The notes under the pieces were generated by a model, which was not told the origin of the DNA, made no database searches, and saw only the letters and a list, made by a program, of their open reading frames with translations. Position numbers and translations under genes: made by a program. 41,190 nucleotides of DNA from an uncultured Methanomicrobiaceae archaeon (GTDB lineage Archaea; Halobacteriota; Methanomicrobia; Methanomicrobiales; Methanomicrobiaceae): assembly GCA_964491505.1 (NCBI GenBank), contig CAZBGM010000003.1:1-41190 (forward strand). The letters run 5' to 3'. Below, piece after piece: positions 17,912 through 26,710 of this stretch. Each line of letters starts with the position of its first letter. Position 1 is the first letter of the stretch.

Positions 17912-18067
17912 AGAAAATGTGTAGCTTTTTCGTGCATCCAGACGTGTATCAAAGAAATAGTTGAAAACTATTCAACAATAGATAAAAATAGATTTTGTAG
18001 CAAAAACAGTTTCACAATATAGGACAGAGCAATAAAGCCTATATGATTCCATACTGAACATTAAAGT

Positions 18068-19294
18068 ATGGAATTTTCCCGTGAGATTGAACTTGAAGGA
18101 CATATCATTGACTCCGGCATGATGACGAGTGCCCTAGACTGCATTCTTGATATGGGAGGGAACTTTGAGTTCATTGAATTTATTGTTGGGAAGAAGACAA
18201 CCGATGAGAGTTATTCACGTTTTACTGTTCAGGCCGAAACAGAGGACAGACTTGAACGAATTTTAAGCGAACTTCACCGCCTTGGTGCTCGGACTGTCGT
18301 CATCGATAATGTAAATCTGGCGATTGCCGAGAGTGATCGCGTTGTGCCGAAAGGATTTTACTCCACAACCAATCATCCCACCTCGGTCATGCTGAACGGA
18401 AATTCCGTCACAGTAGAGGCTATTGAGATGGACTGTCTTATTGTCGTGAAACCCACAACAGAAACGGCACACTGCACACCTATTTCAAACCTGAAAAAAG
18501 GAGATTCAGTCGTTGTTGGTGAACAGGGAGTTATCGTTACACCGCCACCCCGCCCGCGCAAGGCCAGTACCTTTGAGTTTATGCACGGGACTGTCTCCTC
18601 AGAACGACCAAGCGAAACCATCATAAAAAAAATTGCGTGTGAAATTCTTGCCATCAAAGCAAAGGGAGGAAAAATTGGTTTTGTCGGTGGGCCGGCCATC
18701 GTACACACCCGTGCAGCCCCCTCACTGGCGAAGATAATCAGAGAAGGCTATATCGATGTGCTGTTTGCCGGAAACGCCCTTGCCGTTCATGATATCGAAT
18801 ATAATCTCTTTGGGACATCACTGGGAATGTACCTGGACTCCGGCGACCTTGCACCCGGCGGGCACAAGAATCACATCTACGCCATATCAGAGGTGATTCG
18901 GTCCGGGTCCATTGCAAAAGCAGTTGAAGACGGAACGATTAAAAGTGGCATTATGTACGAATGCGTGAAAAATAATGTGCCTTTTATTCTTGCCGGGTCA
19001 ATCCGTGACGACGGACCACTTCCTGATGTCATCACTGATACGATGAAAGCACAGGATGCCATGCGCACCTATCTCCAGGATCTCGATATGATCATTATGA
19101 TCGGCACCCTGCTTCACTCAGTTGCAGTGGGCAACTGTCTGCCATCCTACGTAAAGACCATCTGTGTTGATATCAATCCTGCTTCAGTTACAAAACTCAT
19201 GGATCGCGGTACCATGCAGGCGATTGGGGTTATCAGTGATGCCGGGACATTCCTACCACTTCTCTCAAAGCAACTTGAAGAGCAAAAAGAATAA
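18068..19294 (+). CDS. TIGR00300-family protein (LOR/SDH N-terminal domain; annotated in some archaea as ornithine cyclodeaminase)
   Basis: 408 aa. The N-terminus IELEGHIIDSGMMTSALDCILDMGGNFEFIEF is typical of the family. The C-terminal half is a deoxyhypusine-synthase-like Rossmann region. Functional name is tentative. Confidence 0.6.
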   Translation: MEFSREIELEGHIIDSGMMTSALDCILDMGGNFEFIEFIVGKKTTDESYSRFTVQAETEDRLERILSELHRLGARTVVIDNVNLAIAESDRVVPKGFYSTTNHPTSVMLNGNSVTVEAIEMDCLIVVKPTTETAHCTPISNLKKGDSVVVGEQGVIVTPPPRPRKASTFEFMHGTVSSERPSETIIKKIACEILAIKAKGGKIGFVGGPAIVHTRAAPSLAKIIREGYIDVLFAGNALAVHDIEYNLFGTSLGMYLDSGDLAPGGHKNHIYAISEVIRSGSIAKAVEDGTIKSGIMYECVKNNVPFILAGSIRDDGPLPDVITDTMKAQDAMRTYLQDLDMIIMIGTLLHSVAVGNCLPSYVKTICVDINPASVTKLMDRGTMQAIGVISDAGTFLPLLSKQLEEQKE

Positions 19295-19307
19295 ATTTTA
19301 ATTTTTT

Positions 19308-20294
19308 TTATCTGGTCAGTGGCATCGACCAGGGTTGTTCATTTTCAAGCACAAACTCCCATTCAGCTTTGCAGTCACATCCGGCCTCAAAAAGTTCCTG
19401 CAACTGACCTTTATCAGCAGAAAGCGAATATTCAAGAATAGCAGGAACGATCTCCCGATCACATGTCCCACAGTTGTGTGGACCACGAATCTTTCCGCCA
19501 CCAACAGGATCACAGGAAATAGGACGCGGCGCTTCAATCAAGACCTCAAGGGCGCTCCAGAGATAGGGTGGCCGATATGCCCCTTTCTTCCACAAACGCT
19601 CAACAGGGGTTTTTGACTGTATTGTGCATAGGTTCATTGAGATCATATCTGCATACTTACTGACCACCTGTACCGAGGTGTGCATATCCTTTTTCGCCTC
19701 TGCCTCGGTAAGGTACGGCGGTTTCATCATCAGATAAGTTTTGATACCGGCACCTGCCGCACGCGCACGTTTAGTAGAATCAATGTAATCCTGATACGTA
19801 TGTCCTTTTCTGATACAGTGTTCACGAATCTGATCATTGATAGTTTCAAGACCACTTGCAATATAGAGCGGTATATCCCATCGTCCGGTATCAATCGTCT
19901 CGCGAAATGCATTGACCGTCTCTTCAGTAACGTATTCAACCCGTGATTCGGCAATAACAATCTTACCCCGAAGTGCATTCCCAATCGCGTCCCGCGCCTC
20001 AGGTGGTACTTCTACAGAATCAAGAAAACTTCCTGACGTGAAAATTTTCACCATCTCATAGGAATCAGACGGAAAAGTCTCCATCGCATATGCAAGCTGA
20101 GCCCGGAGCGCGTGAATGAGGTCTTCTTTTGAGTAACCCCTATACCGTTCATGGCAATAACCACACATCGTACATTGATTCCACGAACAACCACCAGACT
20201 TAAAAATAATCGTAAGGCAGGGGATTTTAATCCCGTTGTATAATTCTTCTGACCGCCAGCAGGCAAGCGGTCGTTCTGGAGTGATAGTCATCAT
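19308..20294 (-). CDS. radical SAM protein, TIGR01210/RaSEA-like (archaeosine biosynthesis)
   Basis: 328 aa. Atypical radical-SAM cluster motif GGCSWNQCTMCGY near the N-terminus. C-terminal Cys cluster (HNCGTCD...CDC). Size and motif fit the RaSEA family. Assignment is from memory. Confidence 0.55.
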   Translation of the reverse strand: MMTITPERPLACWRSEELYNGIKIPCLTIIFKSGGCSWNQCTMCGYCHERYRGYSKEDLIHALRAQLAYAMETFPSDSYEMVKIFTSGSFLDSVEVPPEARDAIGNALRGKIVIAESRVEYVTEETVNAFRETIDTGRWDIPLYIASGLETINDQIREHCIRKGHTYQDYIDSTKRARAAGAGIKTYLMMKPPYLTEAEAKKDMHTSVQVVSKYADMISMNLCTIQSKTPVERLWKKGAYRPPYLWSALEVLIEAPRPISCDPVGGGKIRGPHNCGTCDREIVPAILEYSLSADKGQLQELFEAGCDCKAEWEFVLENEQPWSMPLTR

Positions 20295-20323
20295 TAATAT
20301 GGTTGTACACTTATCGGTATTGT

Positions 20324-21460
20324 ATGAAAAAGCTCACTTCTCTTACCATCCTCATCCTCTGTCTGGTATGTGTAAGTCCCGCGGCTGCCTACCTGCTCCA
20401 GTGCGACTGCCCAGAGAAAGTTGCAGCAGGAGAAACATTGATTATCACCGGAACCAGTAACCTCCCGCCCGGGCAGAGTTATCCGGCTGATCTCCGTCAG
20501 GTCAAACCAAGTTCAAAGTATATTACCCAACGAACGGTAACGATACAGGCTGGTGGCGACTGGGAGGTTACTTTCCCAACAAACGGGCTGAGCACAGGAA
20601 GTTACCAAGTGAGCATTGGCGATCAGGGAACCTCTAGCGATTTTGGATCAAGTTCAACCTGTACCTATGATAAGCCAAAAATTTTTGACATTGTCGATCG
20701 TTCAGAAACGCTGCTACTGACCTCCCAGGCAATCCAACCTTACACCGGCAGCCTGCTGATAGAGGGGCATGACACGGAGTTTGAAAACAATGGCGTAGAG
20801 ATTACGGTAACAGATTCAAACGGAAACATCGTGTACGGGCCCCACTATATCAGCACTGATGAAGGTTCCTTCTCTCAGCATGTGCTGATAGATTACCCAG
20901 ACACCTACACAGTACAATTCGCCGACAGCCAGGGGTTTGTGGCTGATGCGGAATTTTTGGTTCCCTCCACGACACCAACAGCCATGCCAACTTCAACAGC
21001 TGTGATGCCCACTCCTCTGCCCACAACCGCCGGACCAAAAGTTTCAGCCTCTGCTTCTGCATCAAAATCTGCCCCAGCGTACTTTACCCTGATATCTAAA
21101 GGGGGAACCGTTGATATTACCACATCCGGCGGGATGGATTGGGGCGTTGATTATACTAACACGAAAGGTAGTATCGTAAAAATTAACGAACGGCACGGAA
21201 CAAGCGGAGAACTCTTCAGTATCCCTGATGCTTACGGAGAGATCTACATCAAAGTATATCCCATCAAATACTCAGATGACGGCACCGTAACAATCTACGC
21301 ACAGAATGCGCAATCGATTACAGTCGACGCTTCCGCCGCCTCTAGATTCGGAGAGACAATAGCACCGACACCGACAGAAGAAGCGCAGGAATCGCCGTTG
21401 TCTCTTTGTATTCTGGTTCTTGCCATGCTTATTGGTGCACTCTTTGTACGGAGACAATAA
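20324..21460 (+). CDS. secreted cell-surface protein with Thr/Pro linker and C-terminal TM anchor
   Basis: Start trimmed from the TTG at 20303 to the ATG at 20324 (MKKLTSLTILILCLVCVSPAAA signal peptide). A central linker reads STTPTAMPTSTAVMPTPLPTT. The C-terminus is TPTEEAQESPLSLCILVLAMLIGALFVRRQ, i.e. a TM helix plus a basic tail. Confidence 0.65.
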   Translation: MKKLTSLTILILCLVCVSPAAAYLLQCDCPEKVAAGETLIITGTSNLPPGQSYPADLRQVKPSSKYITQRTVTIQAGGDWEVTFPTNGLSTGSYQVSIGDQGTSSDFGSSSTCTYDKPKIFDIVDRSETLLLTSQAIQPYTGSLLIEGHDTEFENNGVEITVTDSNGNIVYGPHYISTDEGSFSQHVLIDYPDTYTVQFADSQGFVADAEFLVPSTTPTAMPTSTAVMPTPLPTTAGPKVSASASASKSAPAYFTLISKGGTVDITTSGGMDWGVDYTNTKGSIVKINERHGTSGELFSIPDAYGEIYIKVYPIKYSDDGTVTIYAQNAQSITVDASAASRFGETIAPTPTEEAQESPLSLCILVLAMLIGALFVRRQ

Positions 21461-21500
21461 CACCATTCTTTTATTGGAGAACAGTTAAATTTGTAGGAGA

Positions 21501-21585
21501 GCCGGGATAGTCTAGTCCGGTAAGGCGGTGGCCTTGAAAGCCACTGGTGCACGGCACCTCAGGAGTTCAAATCTCCTTCCCGGCG
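21501..21585 (+). tRNA. tRNA-Ser (anticodon UGA)
   Basis: Acceptor stem GCCGGGA/TCCCGGC. Anticodon stem GTGGC/GCCAC with loop CTTGAAA (anticodon TGA). Long variable arm GGTGC-ACG-GCACC. T arm AGGAG-TTCAAAT-CTCCT. Discriminator G. A T5 run follows. Confidence 0.9.
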
Positions 21586-21663
21586 TTTTTAAGTTTTCAT
21601 CCGTTCAATAACAAATGAGAGGATCATCTCAGCAGAGCTGAAGATCCACGGAGATTAGTAAAT

Positions 21664-21888
21664 ATGTGTATTGCAGTTCCGGCAGAAGTGCTGGAGATAA
21701 AAGAAGGCAATATCGCTCTTGTCGATTATGGCGACCTGCAACAGGATATCCGAACAGATCTACTTGATGTTCAGGTCGGCGAATATGTTCTGGTGCATGT
21801 TGGCTTTGCTATTCAGAAACTCAGTAAAGAGGATGCCCTCCAGACCCGTGAGATATTTAAAGAAATATACGCGGCAATGGAGGAATAA
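21664..21888 (+). CDS. hypC: hydrogenase maturation protein HypC
   Basis: 74 aa with the canonical N-terminus MCIAVPAEV and an OB-fold-sized length. Confidence 0.9.
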   Translation: MCIAVPAEVLEIKEGNIALVDYGDLQQDIRTDLLDVQVGEYVLVHVGFAIQKLSKEDALQTREIFKEIYAAMEE

Positions 21889-22229
21889 TGCACGAGTATT
21901 CAGTCGCATACGATATTTTTAAGACAGCAGCACGCGCTGCACATGAAAACAACGCCACTGAAGTTTTTGTCGTCCATGTGGATTTTGGAGAACTCTCTAT
22001 GATCAACCCGGAACAGGTTCATTTCCTCTGGGAAATAATGCGCGAAGAAGAACCTGTGCTGGCAAAAGCCAAACTACAGTATCGGCTGGTACCCGCAAAA
22101 ACGCGTTGCATATGTGGGTATGAAGGAAATGAAAAATTTGTCTGCCCGAACTGTGGGAAGCTTCCTGAAGTTCTTGAAGGCAGAGAGATCTGTGTGACTA
22201 ATCTTGAGATAGAAGTTGATGAGGAATGA
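21888..22229 (+). CDS. hypA: hydrogenase nickel incorporation protein HypA
   Basis: 113 aa. N-terminal MHEYS nickel site. Zinc site CICG...CPNCG. The start overlaps the hypC stop by 1 nt. Confidence 0.88.
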   Translation: MHEYSVAYDIFKTAARAAHENNATEVFVVHVDFGELSMINPEQVHFLWEIMREEEPVLAKAKLQYRLVPAKTRCICGYEGNEKFVCPNCGKLPEVLEGREICVTNLEIEVDEE

Positions 22230-23224
22230 AAGTTTCATTAATGCATGGTGCTGGCGGTTCAGTTTTTGCTGAACTACTCGATAAAACCCTGACAAAATAC
22301 ACCAACAATAATGCCGGAGGAATCGGCCTTGAGGCACTTGATGACGGTGCAGTAATCCCGATTGGCGATCAGAATATTGTATTTACCACCGACAGTCATG
22401 TGGTATCGCCACTGTTCTTCCCGGGTGGTGATATCGGTAAAATTGCTGTCAGCGGAACAGTCAATGATCTGGTGATGATGGGAGCACGTCCTATTGCCCT
22501 CTCCTGCGCGATGTTGATTGAGGAAGGATTTGATATCGAAATTCTCGAAAAGATTATCGCTTCAATGGATGCTACGCTGGGTGAGGCCGGTGCGTCGATT
22601 GTCACCGGTGACACCAAAGTGCTTGAACGCGGGGCACTTGACGGTATTGCTATCAATACAGCTGGTATCGGCGTTGTGAAAACCCCCATCCGTGACAGCG
22701 GCCTGGTACCCGGAGATGTAATGATTATCAGTGGCACCATTGGTGATCATGGTCTTGCTATACTAACACACCGTGAAGGGTTTGATCTTGGGGAACAGAT
22801 CGCATCGGATGTCGCACCACTCTGGGGACTGGTGAAGGGCGCAATGGATGCCGGGACTATCCACGCGATGAAGGACCCAACCCGTGGCGGTGTTGCCAAC
22901 GCCCTGAACGAGATGGCAGAAAAAGCTGAGGTTCAGATACGGCTGGATGAAGAAGCACTGCCCATCCGAAAAAGCGTACAGAGTGCCTCTGAACTTCTGG
23001 GAATTAACCCGCTTGAAGTAGCAAATGAAGGCAAAGTCATTATGAGCGTCCCACCAGAAGATGCAGACGCAATTCTTGCCGCACTGAAAAACCATAAATA
23101 TGGAAAGGATGCCGCAATTATTGGCCGGGTTGTTGAAGGCTCAGCTGTTATCGTCGAGACATCCATTGGCGGCGAGCGCTTTATTGAACCGCCAGCAGGC
23201 GACCCGGTTCCCCGGGTCTGCTAA
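22226..23224 (+). CDS. hypE: hydrogenase expression/formation protein HypE
   Basis: 332 aa with a PurM-like fold pattern. The hallmark C-terminus PRVC is present. Overlaps hypA by 4 nt. Confidence 0.92.
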   Translation: MKVSLMHGAGGSVFAELLDKTLTKYTNNNAGGIGLEALDDGAVIPIGDQNIVFTTDSHVVSPLFFPGGDIGKIAVSGTVNDLVMMGARPIALSCAMLIEEGFDIEILEKIIASMDATLGEAGASIVTGDTKVLERGALDGIAINTAGIGVVKTPIRDSGLVPGDVMIISGTIGDHGLAILTHREGFDLGEQIASDVAPLWGLVKGAMDAGTIHAMKDPTRGGVANALNEMAEKAEVQIRLDEEALPIRKSVQSASELLGINPLEVANEGKVIMSVPPEDADAILAALKNHKYGKDAAIIGRVVEGSAVIVETSIGGERFIEPPAGDPVPRVC

Positions 23225-23268
23225 TCTTTTTACTCTTTTCGTCCCTACCAGTAGCTACGGGTAGAAGT

Positions 23269-24522
23269 ATGAAGGCAGATCTTCTTTTGAAAAACGCAAC
23301 ACTTCCAGACGGACGGGTTGCAGATATTGCAATATCCCATGGCCAAATCCTACATGTCGGTGGCGGGGTCACTGCTTCCGACAGTATTGAGTGTTCCAAC
23401 CTCCTGTGTCTGCCGGGAGCGACAGATATGCATGTACACCTGAGAGACGGCGAACAAAAACAGAAAGAAGATATCGCGAGCGGCACGCGTTCGGCGCTTG
23501 CCGGAGGAGTGACCACCGTCGTAGATCAACCAAATACCATTCCCACTATTCTCTCACCCGAAACATTCCGTGACCGCATAAAAATGGCAGCGGAATCAAT
23601 GTATACTAATTACGCCTTAAATGGTGCAGTGACACCACAGGCTGACATTAAGGGCCTGTATACTGCCGGAGCACTCTGTTTTGGTGAAACGTTTGCCGCA
23701 CCTTCGAGTTATGGTGACGCGCTGGGACACGGAGATCTTATCAAACTTCTGGGAGAAATTCAGACCATCGGTGCCCTTGCCACGATTCACGCAGAAGAAG
23801 TACTGGAGGGGAACGATCAAAGTCTGGAGGCTCATAACACTCTTAGGCCATCAACTGGTGAAGAGCGTGTCGTGCAGGAAATTTGTTCAATTTCGAAACG
23901 TCCACGTCTTCATTTTTGCCACCTTTCAAACGCGTCTTCGGTTTATGCCGCAGCGTCGTGCGGAACAACTGAAGTCTCACCCCACCACCTGTTTCTTTCT
24001 TATGAACAATTTGAGGCGACAAATACCCATGGCCGGGTCAATCCACCTCTTCGTAGTGAGACAGAACGAAAAGGTCTCTGGGGAGCATGGCACCATATTG
24101 ATGTAGTTGCCTCAGACCATGCGCCCCACACACCAGACGAGAAAGCCCTGTCATTTGCCGAGGCACCATCCGGGATTCCTGGGGTCGAGACGATGATCCC
24201 GCTTCTTCTTGCAGAAGTATACAAAAATACCATCACTATTGATGATCTTATCGACAAAACGGCAGTACGCCCTGCTACAATTCTCGGACTTGATTCTCCC
24301 GCCATTATTCCGGGAAATCGGGCAAACATTGCACTATACCCGAAAGAGATAGGCAAAGTCTCATGTGATAACCTGCACAGCAAAGCCGGATGGACGCCAT
24401 ATGAGGGAATGCCTGCGATCTTTCCGGAGATCGTTATAGTCAACGGAGTCTGTGCATACCATCGTGGAGAATTCTCTGCACCTGCCGGACAGTGGGTTGC
24501 AGGGCACGGATTTAATGGCTAA
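23269..24522 (+). CDS. pyrC: dihydroorotase
   Basis: 417 aa. Amidohydrolase metal motifs DMHVHLRDG and SDHAPH. DQPNTIP is typical of archaeal PyrC. Confidence 0.88.
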   Translation: MKADLLLKNATLPDGRVADIAISHGQILHVGGGVTASDSIECSNLLCLPGATDMHVHLRDGEQKQKEDIASGTRSALAGGVTTVVDQPNTIPTILSPETFRDRIKMAAESMYTNYALNGAVTPQADIKGLYTAGALCFGETFAAPSSYGDALGHGDLIKLLGEIQTIGALATIHAEEVLEGNDQSLEAHNTLRPSTGEERVVQEICSISKRPRLHFCHLSNASSVYAAASCGTTEVSPHHLFLSYEQFEATNTHGRVNPPLRSETERKGLWGAWHHIDVVASDHAPHTPDEKALSFAEAPSGIPGVETMIPLLLAEVYKNTITIDDLIDKTAVRPATILGLDSPAIIPGNRANIALYPKEIGKVSCDNLHSKAGWTPYEGMPAIFPEIVIVNGVCAYHRGEFSAPAGQWVAGHGFNG

Positions 24523-24712
24523 AACGTCCAATACAATAATGCCGACAAGACACCTTTATAGGTCCCCAGGTGATATTGACAAGCGTCATAATGTGATCCA
24601 TGGGACAACCCATTGGTGTAACAGGCATGCCCGGCATTTTGGGTTCAGGCAGGGGACGAACGGCGACATGCCACGGGTGATCCATGCCTGTTAGTGCTGG
24701 GCTACATTTTCC

Positions 24713-24720
24713 TTTTTATA
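24713..24720 (+). promoter_or_regulatory. TATA-box-like element for the DUF167 gene
   Basis: TTTTTATA is centred about 26 nt upstream of the ATG at 24743. That spacing is consistent with a leaderless or near-leaderless archaeal transcript. Judged by position only. Confidence 0.3.
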
Positions 24721-24742
24721 CAGAGTTGAAAGGCGTACATTC

Positions 24743-25060
24743 ATGAAACCGGATATCAGTGACGCAATAACCGAAACATCTGAAGGAATTATTGTCGCTG
24801 TTGATGTAACAACCGGCAGCAAACGACCGATTGTTCCGGCAGGATATAACGAGTGGCGCTCTGCGATTATCTGCAAAGTCTCGGCCGCACCTATAGCAGG
24901 AAAGGCCAACAAGGAGATCTGCAAAGCTTTTGCTTCTGTACTGGGTATCTCAGAGCAACAGGTAACTATTGTATCCGGTCATACATCGACAAAAAAACGT
25001 GTTCTGATCTCGAATCTGGACGTAAATTTACTCACAAAACGTCTTCTTGACAACATCTGA
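24743..25060 (+). CDS. DUF167 (YggU/UPF0235) family protein
   Basis: 105 aa. Family motif AAPIAGKANKEICKAFASVLGISEQQVTIVSGHTSTKKRVLI. Confidence 0.8.
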   Translation: MKPDISDAITETSEGIIVAVDVTTGSKRPIVPAGYNEWRSAIICKVSAAPIAGKANKEICKAFASVLGISEQQVTIVSGHTSTKKRVLISNLDVNLLTKRLLDNI

Positions 25061-25187
25061 TGGCAAATCAGGCAGAATGCGTGGGTAATGACCCAATCTC
25101 TTAAGTAGTAATCCCGTGAATATTCAGAAGCTATGGTTTCATGTCAATATATACTCATGATCATGGCGGCATATTCAGGAGATTATC

Positions 25188-26345
25188 ATGTACTCACCAG
25201 ATACAACCAAGTACCTTATTCACCTTCATCTCAGCACCGAGGGGGTGGTCGAGAAATCTGATGTTGTTGGAGCCATATTTGGCCAGACAGAGGGTTTACT
25301 CGGCGACGACCTGGACTTGCGGGATCTGCAACGGACAGGCAGGGTCGGCAGAATTGATGTTCAGATTATAAGCCATCACGGTAACACCAGTGGAGAGGTC
25401 TATATCACCTCTTCAATCGACAAGGCAGAGACGGCTCTGCTTGCCGCTTCACTGGAAACAATCGAACGTGTTGGACCGTGTGTTTCTGAGGTGCGGGTCG
25501 ATCGCATTGAAGATATCAGAGTCAGCAAACGTAAACAAATTGTTGAGCGTGCGAAATCGTTGCTCATCGAATCTTTTGATGAAAGCAGTATTGATACCGG
25601 AGAGCTCTTAGAAGCGGTCCGTGAACAGGCACGGATCGGAAAGATCAGTGAATATGGTCCGGATCATCTGCCGGCAGGCCCTCATGTGGAATCATCAGAT
25701 GCCATTATCGTGGTAGAAGGAAGAGCGGACGTGGTCAATCTGCTTCGGTTTGGGATAAAAAATACCGTTGCCGTTGAAGGAACAAATGTACCGGATTCAA
25801 TAGCAGGGCTCTGTGCGGTGAAAACAACAACACTCTTTGTTGACGGAGACCGGGGCGGCGACCTAATCATCAGCGAACTGATGCAGAAAGCAGATATCGA
25901 TTATATTGCACTCAGTCCAAGAAACCGTTCTGTCGAGGATATGAGCCGGAAAGAAATTGTAAAAGCGTTACGCAACAAAATCCCATCTGAATTTTGGAAT
26001 GGCCCACAAAACGGGAATGCGTCGGAAGAACTACCTGAAAAAGAAGAAGAGGATCTACCTGAGGATTACCTAGAATTAAAGGATCACATGAACGCCGTAC
26101 GTGGTCATTCCTCGGCGCGCCTCTTAAATAAATCGTATGAAACCGTCAGGGAATGTGACAATGATCTTATCGAAGAACTCCTTGAGCGGACCTCAAAAGA
26201 GGTTGCAGGTGTAGTAACTGACCAGGGATGTGATCAGAAATTTGTTGACATTCTCGTCAAGAATGGGGTTTCATTTGTCGCATCGCCTGATTTTGCTGGA
26301 ATTCTCAAGAAACCGGTTGAACTGAAGCTTTTCAAGATCGCTTAA
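25188..26345 (+). CDS. dnaG: archaeal DnaG primase / exosome-associated TOPRIM protein
   Basis: 385 aa. Conserved archaeal DnaG N-terminus TKYLIHLHL...GVVEKSDVVGAIFGQTEGLLG. TOPRIM motifs VVEGRADV and FVDGDRGGD. Confidence 0.9.
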   Translation: MYSPDTTKYLIHLHLSTEGVVEKSDVVGAIFGQTEGLLGDDLDLRDLQRTGRVGRIDVQIISHHGNTSGEVYITSSIDKAETALLAASLETIERVGPCVSEVRVDRIEDIRVSKRKQIVERAKSLLIESFDESSIDTGELLEAVREQARIGKISEYGPDHLPAGPHVESSDAIIVVEGRADVVNLLRFGIKNTVAVEGTNVPDSIAGLCAVKTTTLFVDGDRGGDLIISELMQKADIDYIALSPRNRSVEDMSRKEIVKALRNKIPSEFWNGPQNGNASEELPEKEEEDLPEDYLELKDHMNAVRGHSSARLLNKSYETVRECDNDLIEELLERTSKEVAGVVTDQGCDQKFVDILVKNGVSFVASPDFAGILKKPVELKLFKIA

Positions 26346-26410
26346 TGTTGCCTTCTGGAAAAGAATTAATAATCTATTTTTACAATTAGTGTTCAGGTTG
26401 TTGACAAAAT

Positions 26411-26704
26411 ATGCATAAAGAGGAACTCATCAAATTACACGAAGTTATGGCCGAGATCAAGGACCAAATCGAAAAGATGGACAAAGATAATGATTTCTCT
26501 GAATATTACCGTCTTAACGTAACTCCCGAACATGTGCATAAGAGTAAGATGGAACACAAACATGCCATCTTTATTCTTGGCGAGGAAATTGCCTCCTCAA
26601 TGAAAGATATTGAATATTCAGCAACGAACCGTACTTCAGCACGGATGCACGAACTTGCTGAACGCACAAAAAAAGAGATTGAGAACAGCTCTGGTTCAAA
26701 CTAA
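26411..26704 (+). CDS. UPF0058-family small protein
   Basis: 97 aa. MHKEELIKLHEVMAEIK...HKSKMEHKHAIFILGEEIA resembles the archaeal UPF0058 family as I recall it. Confidence 0.5.
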   Translation: MHKEELIKLHEVMAEIKDQIEKMDKDNDFSEYYRLNVTPEHVHKSKMEHKHAIFILGEEIASSMKDIEYSATNRTSARMHELAERTKKEIENSSGSN

Positions 26705-26710
26705 CTTTTT

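Noticed and set aside
24452-24694. An 80-aa plus-strand ORF, and a 57-codon minus-strand ORF (about 24515..24688), in the pyrC/DUF167 spacer.
   Set aside because: The plus-strand ORF starts inside pyrC in another frame, and the minus-strand ORF overlaps the pyrC stop. Composition is Pro/His/Trp/Cys-rich with internal repeats, which fits RNA or DNA structure better than a protein.
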